A stretch of 64,000 bases of DNA from a virus: the IMG/VR virus record IMGVR_UViG_3300042922_000152, positions 3,831 through 67,830 of that record. The stretch is one strand, 5' to 3'. Under the pieces are notes generated by a model. That model made no database searches and was not told where the DNA came from. It saw only the letters and a list, made by a program, of their open reading frames with translations. Position numbers and translations under genes: made by a program. Shown one piece after another: positions 40,021 to 49,545 of the stretch (position 1 is its first letter; each line of letters opens with the position of its first letter).

Positions 40021-41112
40021 ATGAAGTTCAAAATCAGCACAGCAAACCTTAATCGCATCTTGGCAATCGTCATCAAAGGGGCAGGCAACAAGCACACGCT
40101 GCCTATTACGAAATACTTCGCTCTGAGCCTGTCGAGTAACACATTGATTGTCACAGCTACGAACGGCGTTAACTTTATCTCGTACATTGAACCTGATGTA
40201 CATGGTGAGGATGGTTACGCTGTTGTCGCTGCTGATCAACTGGTGCAGCTTGTAAAGCGCACTACGAAGCCGGAAATTGCCTTTGCTTCTGTGAAAGGTC
40301 ATCTTGAAGTCAAAGGCAATGGCAAGTATTCGCTGCCTCTGTACACCTTCAGTGAAGGTGAGAGCTATCCGTCCTATGAGTTTGACGAAGATGCTGCACC
40401 GTTCGAAGTGAACGCGCAGATTCTCAAGAAGGCGCTGAAGGTCAACGAGTCGGCAATTGCAACAAACCTGATCATTCCTTATCTCGCAGGCTATAACATT
40501 GGTGGACAACTGATCACTACCGATGGCCTCAAGATGTGCGTTAACGAGAGCGTGTTTGTTGATCCGCCTATGCTCGTCTCTCAGCAGCTTGCAGACCTGT
40601 TGCAAATGCTTACCGCTGAAAAAGTCACTGTGCAAAAGGATGAAAACAAGCTGCTCTTTACTACTGACAATATCGTTATCTTTGGCGCAGAGCTTGATGG
40701 CCTGAAAGATTATCCCGACATTACAGGTGTACTCGGCTTCGAGTACGACAATGTAGTGACTGTATCCAAAGTTGAGTTCACGAATGCACTTGACCGCCTG
40801 AAGTTGTTCACAGACCCTAACGACAATAACAGCATTATCATGACATTCGCTAAGAAAGGCCTGCTCATTGAAGACAGCAAAAAGAGCAGTCAAGAAGTGG
40901 TAGCGATTCAAGAGGGACCGGAGTATGCAGAGTTCTCCGTGACTGTCAACATTGAACTCTTGACTGACCTTATTGACGTGCTTGTTCATCCTGTCGTCAA
41001 GATTGAGTTTGGCGAAAACCTGCCTCTCAAGATTACTGAGAACGATGTTACATTGACGCTCGGCGTTATCGGTGACGACGAGGAAGAAGAGGACGCTGGC
41101 GAGGAGGAGTAA
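40021..41112 (+). CDS. dnaN: Sliding clamp (DNA Pol III beta-like)
   Basis: 363 aa; LPI, LIVTATN, YP, TTDG, DYPDI, ALDRL. Confidence 0.85.
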   Translation: MKFKISTANLNRILAIVIKGAGNKHTLPITKYFALSLSSNTLIVTATNGVNFISYIEPDVHGEDGYAVVAADQLVQLVKRTTKPEIAFASVKGHLEVKGNGKYSLPLYTFSEGESYPSYEFDEDAAPFEVNAQILKKALKVNESAIATNLIIPYLAGYNIGGQLITTDGLKMCVNESVFVDPPMLVSQQLADLLQMLTAEKVTVQKDENKLLFTTDNIVIFGAELDGLKDYPDITGVLGFEYDNVVTVSKVEFTNALDRLKLFTDPNDNNSIIMTFAKKGLLIEDSKKSSQEVVAIQEGPEYAEFSVTVNIELLTDLIDVLVHPVVKIEFGENLPLKITENDVTLTLGVIGDDEEEEDAGEEE

Positions 41113-41114
41113 GC

Positions 41115-41906
41115 TTGACAAACAATCCCTACAAGAACCTCGCAAAGCTCATTCAGAACGCGCAGCAAAACCAGTCACCCGAGGATGCGTTCCTTCAGGC
41201 TCTTAACAGCGCTATATCTAAATATAGCAAGCTGAATGACAAGCCTCCCTCACAGTCCTACAAACCCAGTATGCTCGGCGGGTGCCTGCGTGAAATCTAT
41301 TTCACAGTGACAGGCGCTCCCGAGGATGACGTATTGCCTGACCCGAATCTTGTAGGTATGGGGGAATCGGGAACTGACAGGCATTTACGCCTTCAGACTG
41401 TTATCTCCGAAATGAAAAAGATGGGCTTCAAAGATGTCGAATGGATTGACGTTGAGGAATTTTTGAAGTTTCATCCTGTCGAAGGCACAGAGGTTGTAGA
41501 ACGCAAAGGCATGGAGGTAAAGCTGCGAAACACGATTTTTAATATGTCCTTCATGTGTGATGGCATTATTAAGTTTCGCGGCGTTTACTATGTCCTTGAA
41601 ATCAAGACGGAAACAAGTTTCAAGTGGCAGCCTCGAACAGGTCCCGAGCCTAAAGCTGTAGTACAGGCAAGCTCTTACAGCCTGTGTCTTGGCGTAAATA
41701 AGGTGATGTTTGTTTACGAGAATCGGGACGTGTGCAGCAAAAAGGTATACATTCATCAAGTATCTGAAATTGAAAAATATGATCTTGTGGTTCACAAGAT
41801 TGAAGAATGTAACACCTATGTTGAAACGGACACTGTGCCTCCCAAGAGCGACAACAAAAATGACTGTCGCTACTGCGACTACAAGCAGGAATGCAAAAAA
41901 TATTGA
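41115..41906 (+). CDS. Cas4-like PD-(D/E)XK exonuclease
   Basis: PS..GGC.R, GTDRH, CDGI, LEIKT, Q..SY, C-terminal CRYCDY..EC. Confidence 0.85.
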   Translation: MTNNPYKNLAKLIQNAQQNQSPEDAFLQALNSAISKYSKLNDKPPSQSYKPSMLGGCLREIYFTVTGAPEDDVLPDPNLVGMGESGTDRHLRLQTVISEMKKMGFKDVEWIDVEEFLKFHPVEGTEVVERKGMEVKLRNTIFNMSFMCDGIIKFRGVYYVLEIKTETSFKWQPRTGPEPKAVVQASSYSLCLGVNKVMFVYENRDVCSKKVYIHQVSEIEKYDLVVHKIEECNTYVETDTVPPKSDNKNDCRYCDYKQECKKY

Positions 41907-41922
41907 TAGGAGGCTGATTCGA

Positions 41923-42660
41923 TTGACTTTCGTAGCAAAGCGCATTAACGTTATGGAGGGCGGCTTTGAGCAGGAAGGAGGCTATGTCACGCTCAGGAAT
42001 ACAATGGGTGATGACAGGACGATTGTAGACGCTGCGCGCGTATCTTACAATAAACGTGCGGGCGAAGTCCTTTCAGCGAAGGACGTTCGACTCATTGACT
42101 TTCTGGCTGAGAACGGTCACACTTCTCCTTTTCGCCATGCTGTGCTTCAATTCGAGGTACACGCACCTTTGATGGTAGCGCGTCAATGGTGGAAGTATGT
42201 TGTCGGCTCTGTTCATGACACTATGGAAGCCTGGAATGAATCTTCTCGACGCTACATTACAGAGGAAGTGAATTTCTATACACCTAACTCGTCCATGTGG
42301 CGTTTGGCTCCTGAGAACTCGAAACAAGGTTCGGGCGCCAATATGCACTGGAAGGAAGGCGAAGAAGTCACTAAAATGCTCTATGAATTGCAGGAAAAAT
42401 GTCACGATTATTACAAAACCGCAATTGCAATGGGTATATGTGCAGAGCAGGCGCGCTTGTTCCTTCCTGCTTACGGTTTGTACGTTCGCTGGATGTGGAC
42501 TGCTTCGCTGCAAGGCGTAGCTCATTTCATTAACCAACGAACAGCAGAAGACGCTCAAGGCGAAATTCAGAAATTCGCTGAGGCTGTGAAGGAACTGGCG
42601 ATGTATCAGTTTCCTGCTGCGCTGTCTGCTCTGTTAGGTGAAAATAATGAGCGGGCGTAA
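41923..42660 (+). CDS. thyX: Flavin-dependent thymidylate synthase
   Basis: AARVSY, HTSPFRH, VARQWWK, WNESSRRY, EQARLFLP, AQGEI. Confidence 0.9.
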   Translation: MTFVAKRINVMEGGFEQEGGYVTLRNTMGDDRTIVDAARVSYNKRAGEVLSAKDVRLIDFLAENGHTSPFRHAVLQFEVHAPLMVARQWWKYVVGSVHDTMEAWNESSRRYITEEVNFYTPNSSMWRLAPENSKQGSGANMHWKEGEEVTKMLYELQEKCHDYYKTAIAMGICAEQARLFLPAYGLYVRWMWTASLQGVAHFINQRTAEDAQGEIQKFAEAVKELAMYQFPAALSALLGENNERA

Positions 42661-43150
42661 ATCGAAAAATAAAGGTTATCGTGGTGAAAAGGAGTTCGCT
42701 GACCTGACAGGAGGAAGGCGAGTTCCTCTGTCAGGTGCAGCAGCCCATGCAGGCGAGGAGTTCGGCAACGATGTCATACTACCGAACGGCATGAAGGTAG
42801 AGGTCAAGCGCAGAGCAGAGATGGAGAAGACGCTCTATGGCTGGCTGCTTGACGAGCGCGAGAAGCCTGACCTCGTAGCCTTTCGCGCAGATCACAAGCC
42901 TTGGATTATCAGCATGACGCTTGACCAGTTTGCGCGCCTCATGAATATTGAGATTGCTGCAAAAGACTTGCTTAATCAAATGTTTGAAGAGGACATGTCT
43001 GACGTTGGCGCCTCGCAGCTAATAAAGGCGGTGATGAAACTAAATGACGACGGAACAAGAACAGGCAGATTCTCAGGAGCAGGAACACACAGAAGCAGCG
43101 TCCCCAAAGCAGGACGAGGAGAAGTTGAGAACAATACGGCACAAGATTAA
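42647..43150 (+). CDS. Holliday junction resolvase-like nuclease
   Basis: SKNKGYRGEKE, RVPLSGA, DV, VEVKR. Confidence 0.75.
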   Translation: MSGRKSKNKGYRGEKEFADLTGGRRVPLSGAAAHAGEEFGNDVILPNGMKVEVKRRAEMEKTLYGWLLDEREKPDLVAFRADHKPWIISMTLDQFARLMNIEIAAKDLLNQMFEEDMSDVGASQLIKAVMKLNDDGTRTGRFSGAGTHRSSVPKAGRGEVENNTAQD

Positions 43151-43610
43151 AGCTGACTCAGATGTGGTAACTCGCCTCGTTGATCAACTGGTGAACGAGT
43201 ACAGCAGAGAAATTGACAGACTCGTGTCAGAAGTCAAGGACATGCTCGTCAAGAAGGATACGCTTGACGACGAAGAAATTGAGAAATGCGTCCTGCGTTT
43301 CCCGGTTTACATGTATAGCGCAGTTAATGGCGTTGAGAATGTAGGCATTCAGGCAGAGCTTGCAAAGGCGAACAAGATGGAAGTTCTCAATCAGGCATTT
43401 GAAGCCATTGAAGGTACGATACCTGACAAGACGAAGTATGCCGAGCTTGAGAGCTTCAATGAACACCTGATGACTGTAGTGTTTGAGAAAGCCTACAGGA
43501 AGCTGAAGGCAAAAATTGAACACGCCGACAAGGTTTACTCTGCGACGAAGAAGGTCATGGAAAAGCGCATTGCTGAAATGGGAGTTCTTAGGAGGGATAG
43601 AAATGGCTAA
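43044..43610 (+). CDS. Helical protein, possible recombination mediator (UvsY-like)
   Basis: Coiled coil with GTIPDK; near recA. Confidence 0.45.
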   Translation: MTTEQEQADSQEQEHTEAASPKQDEEKLRTIRHKIKADSDVVTRLVDQLVNEYSREIDRLVSEVKDMLVKKDTLDDEEIEKCVLRFPVYMYSAVNGVENVGIQAELAKANKMEVLNQAFEAIEGTIPDKTKYAELESFNEHLMTVVFEKAYRKLKAKIEHADKVYSATKKVMEKRIAEMGVLRRDRNG

Positions 43611-44061
43611 CGGAAAACGCAGATTTCAATACCTGCCCGAATATCAGCACCTTAACATGCCAATACCTCAACGCAAAACGCTGCGCTCGGCAGGCTACGA
43701 CATTGCAGCAGCCTTTGTGAATCCTTATGAAAGGCGCGTCATTAGTCCTGGCGGCATTGACCTCATACCTACAGGCCTTACAGTGTATGACATGGAAGAT
43801 GATGATGAATTGCAAATACGTTCACGCTCAGGCCTCGCATGGAAGAACGGCATTATTGTTGCCAACTCACCCGGCACAATAGATGCTGACTATGAAGGTC
43901 AGCACATTCAAGTTCTCTTGCATAACGTAAGTGACACTGACTTTGTTGTTACCTGCGGTATGCGTATCGCTCAAGGCGTTTTCAGTAAGGTTCATTTCAC
44001 ATTGCTGGACTGTCCTGATGAAGTAGTTCGCCGGGGCGGCTTCGGTCACACGGGGGTGTAA
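43603..44061 (+). CDS. dut: Trimeric dUTPase
   Basis: SAGYDI, RSRSGLA, GTIDADY, RIAQ, RGGFGHTG. Confidence 0.95.
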   Translation: MANGKRRFQYLPEYQHLNMPIPQRKTLRSAGYDIAAAFVNPYERRVISPGGIDLIPTGLTVYDMEDDDELQIRSRSGLAWKNGIIVANSPGTIDADYEGQHIQVLLHNVSDTDFVVTCGMRIAQGVFSKVHFTLLDCPDEVVRRGGFGHTGV

Positions 44062-44063
44062 CA

Positions 44064-45248
44064 TTGAACGCACTTGATAAAGCAATGGGCGAAATTAATA
44101 AGAAGTACGGTAAGCAGATGGTGCAAATGGGAACCTCTCGTATTTACGTAGACAAGATTCCCTTCTCGTCTCCTAAGCTTAACTGGATGACTTATGGTGG
44201 CGTTCCTATCGGCAAGGCTACTGAGCTTATCGGTCAAGAGTCTGGTGGCAAAACGACAAATGCGCTTGACATCGTAGCGAACGCACAGAAGAAAGCTGAA
44301 AGGGATTATCGCGCAATTCTCGCTGACACAGATAAAAAGATTGAAGCACTCGAAGACTCGGGCACAAAAACAGCGTTGAAGGAAGCTGACAAGCTGCGCG
44401 CCGCTCGTGCAAAGATCGTTGAAGATGGTCCTCGTCGTGTCGTCTACGTAGACCTTGAGAACACGCTTGACGAGGATTGGGCAGAACTCCTTGGCGTTGA
44501 CCTCGAAGCCTTGTACCTCGCTCGCTTCGACGACGAGACTGCCGAGCAAGTCCTTCAGGCCATTCTTGATCTGATAGCGACAGGTCAGGTAATCGCGCTC
44601 GTTGTCGATTCTATACCAATGCTCGTTCCTCAACAAATTGCTACAGAAGACCTAAGTAAAAAGAGCTATGGAGGTATAGCTGGCGCTGTTACTGAGTTCT
44701 GTCGCCGGGTATCCTCGCTTATCAGCACCAACAAAACTGCTCTTATCATTATCAATCAGGTGCGCGAGGACTTTGACAATCCCTACAATCAGTACAAAAC
44801 GCCGGGCGGACGTGCGCTGAAGCATCTGTACGCGCTGCGCCTCTTCTTCCGAAAAGGTACGTACTTTGACGCTGATTACAAGGAACTCAAGAACAAGAAC
44901 GCTGTAGAGCCTGCTGGTCATATCATTGACGTTGAAATTGTCAAAACGAAAGTATGTAAGCCGGACAGACGCCTTGGTCAAGAAACACTGACCTACGACA
45001 AGGGTATTGACATCACGGCTGACACACTTGACATGGCTATCAGGTACAAGCTTATCGAACTGTCAGGTGCGTGGCATTACATTATGGATAGCGCAGGCAC
45101 AGGAGAGGTACGCAAAGACGAAATGGATGAAGATATGAAATTCCAAGGACGTCCGCGCACTCTTGAATTTTTCCTCAATGAAGGTGCTGAGGTCTTCGAG
45201 GAGATATATGAAGAGGTTCACAGCCTCGTGACTGCGCTGCCTGAATGA
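44064..45248 (+). CDS. recA: RecA-like recombinase
   Basis: GGVPIG, GQESGGKTT, VDLE, VVDSI, INQVRE, TPGGRALKH. Confidence 0.95.
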   Translation: MNALDKAMGEINKKYGKQMVQMGTSRIYVDKIPFSSPKLNWMTYGGVPIGKATELIGQESGGKTTNALDIVANAQKKAERDYRAILADTDKKIEALEDSGTKTALKEADKLRAARAKIVEDGPRRVVYVDLENTLDEDWAELLGVDLEALYLARFDDETAEQVLQAILDLIATGQVIALVVDSIPMLVPQQIATEDLSKKSYGGIAGAVTEFCRRVSSLISTNKTALIIINQVREDFDNPYNQYKTPGGRALKHLYALRLFFRKGTYFDADYKELKNKNAVEPAGHIIDVEIVKTKVCKPDRRLGQETLTYDKGIDITADTLDMAIRYKLIELSGAWHYIMDSAGTGEVRKDEMDEDMKFQGRPRTLEFFLNEGAEVFEEIYEEVHSLVTALPE

Positions 45249-45336
45249 CAAGCATCCCAAAATAATCGTTCTAAGGTACTTCAAAGGTGTGTATGCTGTT
45301 AGTGTAAGCTACACTTCACACAAAGGAGACTGAGGA

Positions 45337-45489
45337 ATGATGGATCAAATTAAAGAGGTATTGTCTCAACTCATGGCAGCAGAGGAAAAAGGCGCGCACA
45401 TCTTTTTCACCAACGAAGGTTTGCGCTTCATTGCTACCTTGCCTGACAGCCTGCTCATTCACGAGGAGGACGAAGCTGCTGCTATGTAA
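45337..45489 (+). CDS. Small hypothetical protein (50 aa)
   Basis: SD present; MMDQIKEVLSQL...; ends before terminator. Confidence 0.5.
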   Translation: MMDQIKEVLSQLMAAEEKGAHIFFTNEGLRFIATLPDSLLIHEEDEAAAM

Positions 45490-45504
45490 AATTTTCCTTC
45501 TCGC

Positions 45505-45544
45505 AAGGCGCCACTTAAAAGGTGGCGCCTTTTTGCTATACAAT
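45505..45544 (+). promoter_or_regulatory. Terminator-promoter cassette
   Basis: AAGGCGCCAC/GTGGCGCCTT hairpin, TTAAAA, N16, TATACAAT. Confidence 0.75.
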
Positions 45545-45586
45545 GATTAAGCTCAAATTTTAATCATTGTATAGGAGGAATGAAGT

Positions 45587-46195
45587 ATGGGACGTGCATT
45601 ACTCGTGACAGAACTGCCCAAGCCTGTAGTTGGCGAGGAGGCGCTGATTGTAGAGCATACAGACCTGGTTCACTTCGTTTGTCAGCGTTTTCGGACTACT
45701 TCTCATTTTCTTAATGTTGACTATGAGGACTTATATCAGGAAGGCATGATTGGTCTGCTTTTGTCAATTCGCAAGTTTGACCCGACACGTGGTCTTAAAT
45801 TGTCTACCTACGCCGTACCTTCTATATACTTTGCTATTCGTAAATATTTACGCGACAAGTCGCGCTTGATTAGAACACCACGAAGTAAGGTTTCGAAGGC
45901 CTATATCGTCGATAGCTTAGAGCGTACTGCATATAATGGTGATAGTGAGCCTGTTACACTTGGCGACATGATAGGCGTAGATGACGACATGAACAGCTTT
46001 TATTCCGCTGACCTTTGCAACAGGATTATGGAAAGGCTTCCTACGTTACACCGCGAAGTTCTTAATTTAAGCATACAGGGTTACAATCAGCCCGAGATAA
46101 GCAAGAAAGTTGGCATATCGCAACCACATGTAAGCAGAATAATTCGAAGTTCGAAAGAAACCGCTCGCCAAGAATTGTCAGAACATCTTGCATAA
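45587..46195 (+). CDS. Sigma factor, SigF/SigG-like
   Basis: YEDLYQEGMIGL..IRKFD...KLSTYAVP.I...IRKYLRD; QPEISKKVGISQPHVSRI. Confidence 0.9.
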   Translation: MGRALLVTELPKPVVGEEALIVEHTDLVHFVCQRFRTTSHFLNVDYEDLYQEGMIGLLLSIRKFDPTRGLKLSTYAVPSIYFAIRKYLRDKSRLIRTPRSKVSKAYIVDSLERTAYNGDSEPVTLGDMIGVDDDMNSFYSADLCNRIMERLPTLHREVLNLSIQGYNQPEISKKVGISQPHVSRIIRSSKETARQELSEHLA

Positions 46196-46200
46196 TTCTG

Positions 46201-46229
46201 TTGCATCTGAACACACTACATAGTATACT
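46201..46229 (+). promoter_or_regulatory. sigmaA-type promoter
   Basis: TTGCAT-N17-TATACT. Confidence 0.7.
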
Positions 46230-46263
46230 ATATACAAAGATGCAATGAAGGAGCTGGTAACAA

Positions 46264-46911
46264 ATGTTGAACCTGTTGACCTATGAAAAGCCTCTGCTTG
46301 TAAATGGCAAGCTTTTCGAAAACGCTGCTGAAGCTTTTGCTGCTTTCAAGGACAGCGCGGATGACTTGAAGATTGAACTGCATCTGTCTGACGCTGAGAT
46401 AGCTGAAAAGCGTGTTTCTAACTCTCACATTATCGTGGACGTGCCTGCTGCCTCCTCTACACCTTCAGCGCGCAAGCTGACTGTCTACAAGTTGATTGTC
46501 AGACAGTACATGACAAAGCATTCATCACCTGGCTTCGACTTCATGAAGAAGTACAATGATGACAATCCCATGCCTATGCGCGTCATGTATGGCGTCATTC
46601 TTCAGGAAACACCTGGCATGTACAAGATGCAATTGCATTGCAGAGCGCATAAGGATTCGGTACACTGTTCACATTGTATGCGTGAATTGACGCATCCTAT
46701 AAGCAGAGTTTATGGCGTTGGGCCTATATGCGGCGAACATTATTGGCAGGCTGATGAATGGATTAAGTCGCTCGCAAATGACGAGGAGGCGCTTTTCAAG
46801 GAAGCTGACAAACGCCTGCGTCAAATAACTTGGGAAGGATGGATACCGAAGAAGGCGCTTGAATCGTTTACGCCTTTGCTTGAAAAAATGTCTGTGGAGG
46901 TGGCTTCGTAG
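46264..46911 (+). CDS. Zinc-finger protein (DUF6011-like)
   Basis: CSHCMRELTHPISRVYGVGPIC. Confidence 0.7.
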   Translation: MLNLLTYEKPLLVNGKLFENAAEAFAAFKDSADDLKIELHLSDAEIAEKRVSNSHIIVDVPAASSTPSARKLTVYKLIVRQYMTKHSSPGFDFMKKYNDDNPMPMRVMYGVILQETPGMYKMQLHCRAHKDSVHCSHCMRELTHPISRVYGVGPICGEHYWQADEWIKSLANDEEALFKEADKRLRQITWEGWIPKKALESFTPLLEKMSVEVAS

Positions 46912-46914
46912 CTC

Positions 46915-47166
46915 ATGAGTTTACGCGCAGCAATATTTGAAGCAATCAACGCAGAACGCGCAAGGCAGAACAAGAAGCATCCGGAGTTTCAAAAGGAACT
47001 CCGGATGGCTGTTCTTGCTGAAGAAGTAGGAGAGGTTGGAACAGCCTTACAGACTGGTGACCTTGAGAACCTGCGCGAGGAGTTAACGCAGGTAGCCGCA
47101 TTAGCAGTAAGATGGCTTGAATACATTGACAAGGAGGGTGACCCGGATGCTGCTTTCGAAAACTAA
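46915..47166 (+). CDS. MazG-like NTP pyrophosphohydrolase
   Basis: LAEEVGEV...EELTQVAA. Confidence 0.8.
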   Translation: MSLRAAIFEAINAERARQNKKHPEFQKELRMAVLAEEVGEVGTALQTGDLENLREELTQVAALAVRWLEYIDKEGDPDAAFEN

Positions 47167-47530
47167 TCTTGAGAAGGTCATTGAAAATATTATGCAGCTT
47201 GACAGCTTTGCGGATGTTGAGGAACTGACGTTTCCCATGAAGCGGCCTACAGCAGCGCGTCAGCAGGAATGGCTTGACGAATTTATGAACAGGTTCGAAA
47301 CACATATTCGCGGCGTTCTTGAGGAGTACACAGAAGTTCCAAAAAAGATTTTTGAGCCTACAGCAGATATTAACATCACGAAATTGCAGTTACGTGTTAA
47401 TATAGCTCGTGACTCGGAAACGGCAGTTAAAATGCGCGAACATGGTTACACGTTGATTGACAGGTATGGCTCTATGGAACGTGATTACCTCTTTCATGAG
47501 TATATATTGCCTGACAAGAGGGGCGAATAA
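47147..47530 (+). CDS. Hypothetical protein
   Basis: SD-supported ORF. Confidence 0.55.
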   Translation: MLLSKTNLEKVIENIMQLDSFADVEELTFPMKRPTAARQQEWLDEFMNRFETHIRGVLEEYTEVPKKIFEPTADINITKLQLRVNIARDSETAVKMREHGYTLIDRYGSMERDYLFHEYILPDKRGE

Positions 47531-47531
47531 C

Positions 47532-47660
47532 ATGTTCGGAGCTATCCTTTTCCTGATTGTCGCTTATCCTGTCGCGCTGTTCGTTTGCAATCTCGTTGTC
47601 AGGCTGTTCGTCGGTGACAAATACGAAGGAGTCTCAAAGGTTGGTGACGACGATGACTAA
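47532..47660 (+). CDS. Small membrane protein (42 aa)
   Basis: MFGAILFLIVAYPVALFV single TM. Confidence 0.5.
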   Translation: MFGAILFLIVAYPVALFVCNLVVRLFVGDKYEGVSKVGDDDD

Positions 47661-47964
47661 GAAGCAGCAGAGCCTTTTCAGTCTCAAGCCTCCTGCGCCT
47701 AAAGCAGCGTCGAAGCCTGCTGTACCTGTAGCTGTCGTCACTCGCACCTATCCTGCGTTTACGCCTCATGCAGGTGACTCCTGTCGCGTATGGACTGAGG
47801 ATAGGACAAAGCAGGAAAAGGCTGTCATTGAGTTTGTAGATTATCCGAACCTGTATCGTGACCACATGTATCCTGTACAGGTTCGCGTCAATGATGAATA
47901 TATGTTCCGCTGTGCGTTTTCCGATATCGAAAAGGAGGAGCAAAATGAAATTTCAGAGAAGTAG
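47653..47964 (+). CDS. Hypothetical protein with N-terminal QQSLF clamp-binding-like motif
   Basis: MTKKQQSLF, linker, small beta domain. Confidence 0.55.
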   Translation: MTKKQQSLFSLKPPAPKAASKPAVPVAVVTRTYPAFTPHAGDSCRVWTEDRTKQEKAVIEFVDYPNLYRDHMYPVQVRVNDEYMFRCAFSDIEKEEQNEISEK

Positions 47965-48343
47965 CAGAAGCGAGTACCTGAAGCTTAACTGGACTATTGC
48001 GACTGACTACCTGCGCGCCATCGAAGATCAACTTCAGCGCATGTCAGATAACGAAGGCCTTGCAGATGAAATTCCTTCACGAGAGCAGATTGAAATGGTG
48101 CTGCTCGCTGCTGAGGTTGTAGGCGAGCGCCTTGTTGATACACCTGACATTGAGGTGGTGAAGTCAAGCATCAGGACACTGATGGAGGAGGTCAGCAAGC
48201 TAACGGGCTGGCTCAAACACAACAAGGACGCACCCGACTTCGTTACTGCACCACTTATCATTCAAAAGCAGGCTATGCTTGACGCAGCCGACGCGCATTC
48301 TAAAACGCTTCGAAAGCTCGAAGGACTTCAACCAATTGAATAA
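47945..48343 (+). CDS. Hypothetical protein
   Basis: Strong SD. Confidence 0.55.
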   Translation: MKFQRSSRSEYLKLNWTIATDYLRAIEDQLQRMSDNEGLADEIPSREQIEMVLLAAEVVGERLVDTPDIEVVKSSIRTLMEEVSKLTGWLKHNKDAPDFVTAPLIIQKQAMLDAADAHSKTLRKLEGLQPIE

Positions 48344-48351
48344 ATCCAAAC

Positions 48352-48390
48352 AGGCCTCGCTTAAAAAAGCGGGGCCTTTTACTATATAAC
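48352..48390 (+). promoter_or_regulatory. Terminator-promoter cassette
   Basis: AGGCCTCGCT/AGCGGGGCCT hairpin, TTAAAA, N16, TATATAAC. Confidence 0.75.
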
Positions 48391-48415
48391 GTTCTGAAAG
48401 GAGGAAACACACTAT

Positions 48416-49054
48416 ATGCGAAGCGTGGTGAGGTTAAGCGCAGCAGCGCAGAAGCTCGTTGAAGACCATTATAATCTTGCTTGGAAATATGCGCGTAAAT
48501 ATCAGCGCATGGGTTGGGCAAACGGCTTGACTGTTGAAGACCTTGTATCTGCGGGTCATCTTGCTTTAGTCGATGTTGCGCGCTATTATAAACCAGAATC
48601 CGGCTTCGCTTTCGCTACTCCCGCAATAAAAGTTATCAAGCGGTACATCCGAGAAGAAGTTGACAAAAACAGACGCAGAAAAGGCGAAACGCGAGGCTAC
48701 TACGTAATAAGCTTGGACGCTCTTTTGAATAGCGAGCGCATGAAAACGCAAGAGCACCACAATACTAAGCTGACCTATGCCGACACATTCTCGTACCTTC
48801 AGGATTTAACCGACATTGATTACATTGACTTCGTAGAATCTCTTACACTTATGGATCAAACTATACTTAGCCTTCGAATGCAGGACTATTCCTTTCGTGA
48901 GATTGCTGACATGTATGGTCAAAAGAGTATAAACTTTGCGCAGCGTCGCATGATCAAGATAAGAGAAAAATTCATATCGGAGGGACTGCATGAAGCCTAC
49001 CCGTCATTACAGCAAAAGGCAGGAAGAAAGCGTATCTCGAAGCCTCGGTCTTAG
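48416..49054 (+). CDS. Sigma-70 family factor
   Basis: LVEDHYNLAWKYA, EDLVSAG.LAL, FAT.A...I; YSFREIA HTH. Confidence 0.85.
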   Translation: MRSVVRLSAAAQKLVEDHYNLAWKYARKYQRMGWANGLTVEDLVSAGHLALVDVARYYKPESGFAFATPAIKVIKRYIREEVDKNRRRKGETRGYYVISLDALLNSERMKTQEHHNTKLTYADTFSYLQDLTDIDYIDFVESLTLMDQTILSLRMQDYSFREIADMYGQKSINFAQRRMIKIREKFISEGLHEAYPSLQQKAGRKRISKPRS

Positions 49055-49337
49055 ACGCACAGCGAACAGTGGTGCCACACAGTTCGATAAAGGTGATGTC
49101 GTAGGTGAACACATCATGATTGAGTGCAAGACGCTGACTAAACCGCAAGCCTCTATCAGCATCAAGAAGGAATGGCTTGACAAGAATCAGGAAGAGGCCT
49201 TTGCAAGGGGCAAACAAATTGCAGCGCTCACCTTCGACTTCGGTGACAATGGTAACAGGTATTACATTGTCAGGGAGGACGACTTCCGGCAATTTTACAA
49301 TTTATTTCTGAAGGAGCTTGAAGAAGATGGAAGCTGA
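48990..49337 (+). CDS. Second resolvase-like PD-(D/E)XK nuclease
   Basis: SKRQE, NSGA..KGDV, IECK, SISIKKEW. Confidence 0.7.
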   Translation: MKPTRHYSKRQEESVSRSLGLRRTANSGATQFDKGDVVGEHIMIECKTLTKPQASISIKKEWLDKNQEEAFARGKQIAALTFDFGDNGNRYYIVREDDFRQFYNLFLKELEEDGS

Positions 49338-49545
49338 AAGCAGGGAACTTCAAAAGTTCTGCAAAGGCCGTAAGGTGACAGGCATTTGGCTTGACGGTGA
49401 TCAACTCATATGGGAGCTTGATAACGTGTTGATTGTTACCGCACAGGCAGGACACAGCCGCACACTTTTTACTGATGTGAAGAAGAAAACAGTATCGTAT
49501 GTTGAACCCACTGAGGAGGACTATTCCTATGAATCTCGCCAATAA
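49327..49545 (+). CDS. Hypothetical protein
   Basis: Overlapping ORF in operon. Confidence 0.5.
   Translation: MEAESRELQKFCKGRKVTGIWLDGDQLIWELDNVLIVTAQAGHSRTLFTDVKKKTVSYVEPTEEDYSYESRQ

Noticed and set aside
41115-41906. Cas4-like gene as sign of CRISPR-Cas
   Set aside because: No repeat-spacer array or other cas genes; solo Cas4-like nucleases are common in phage replication modules.
44926-44944. TTGACG...TGTCAA in recA
   Set aside because: Spacer is 7, not 6; excluded from the palindrome family.
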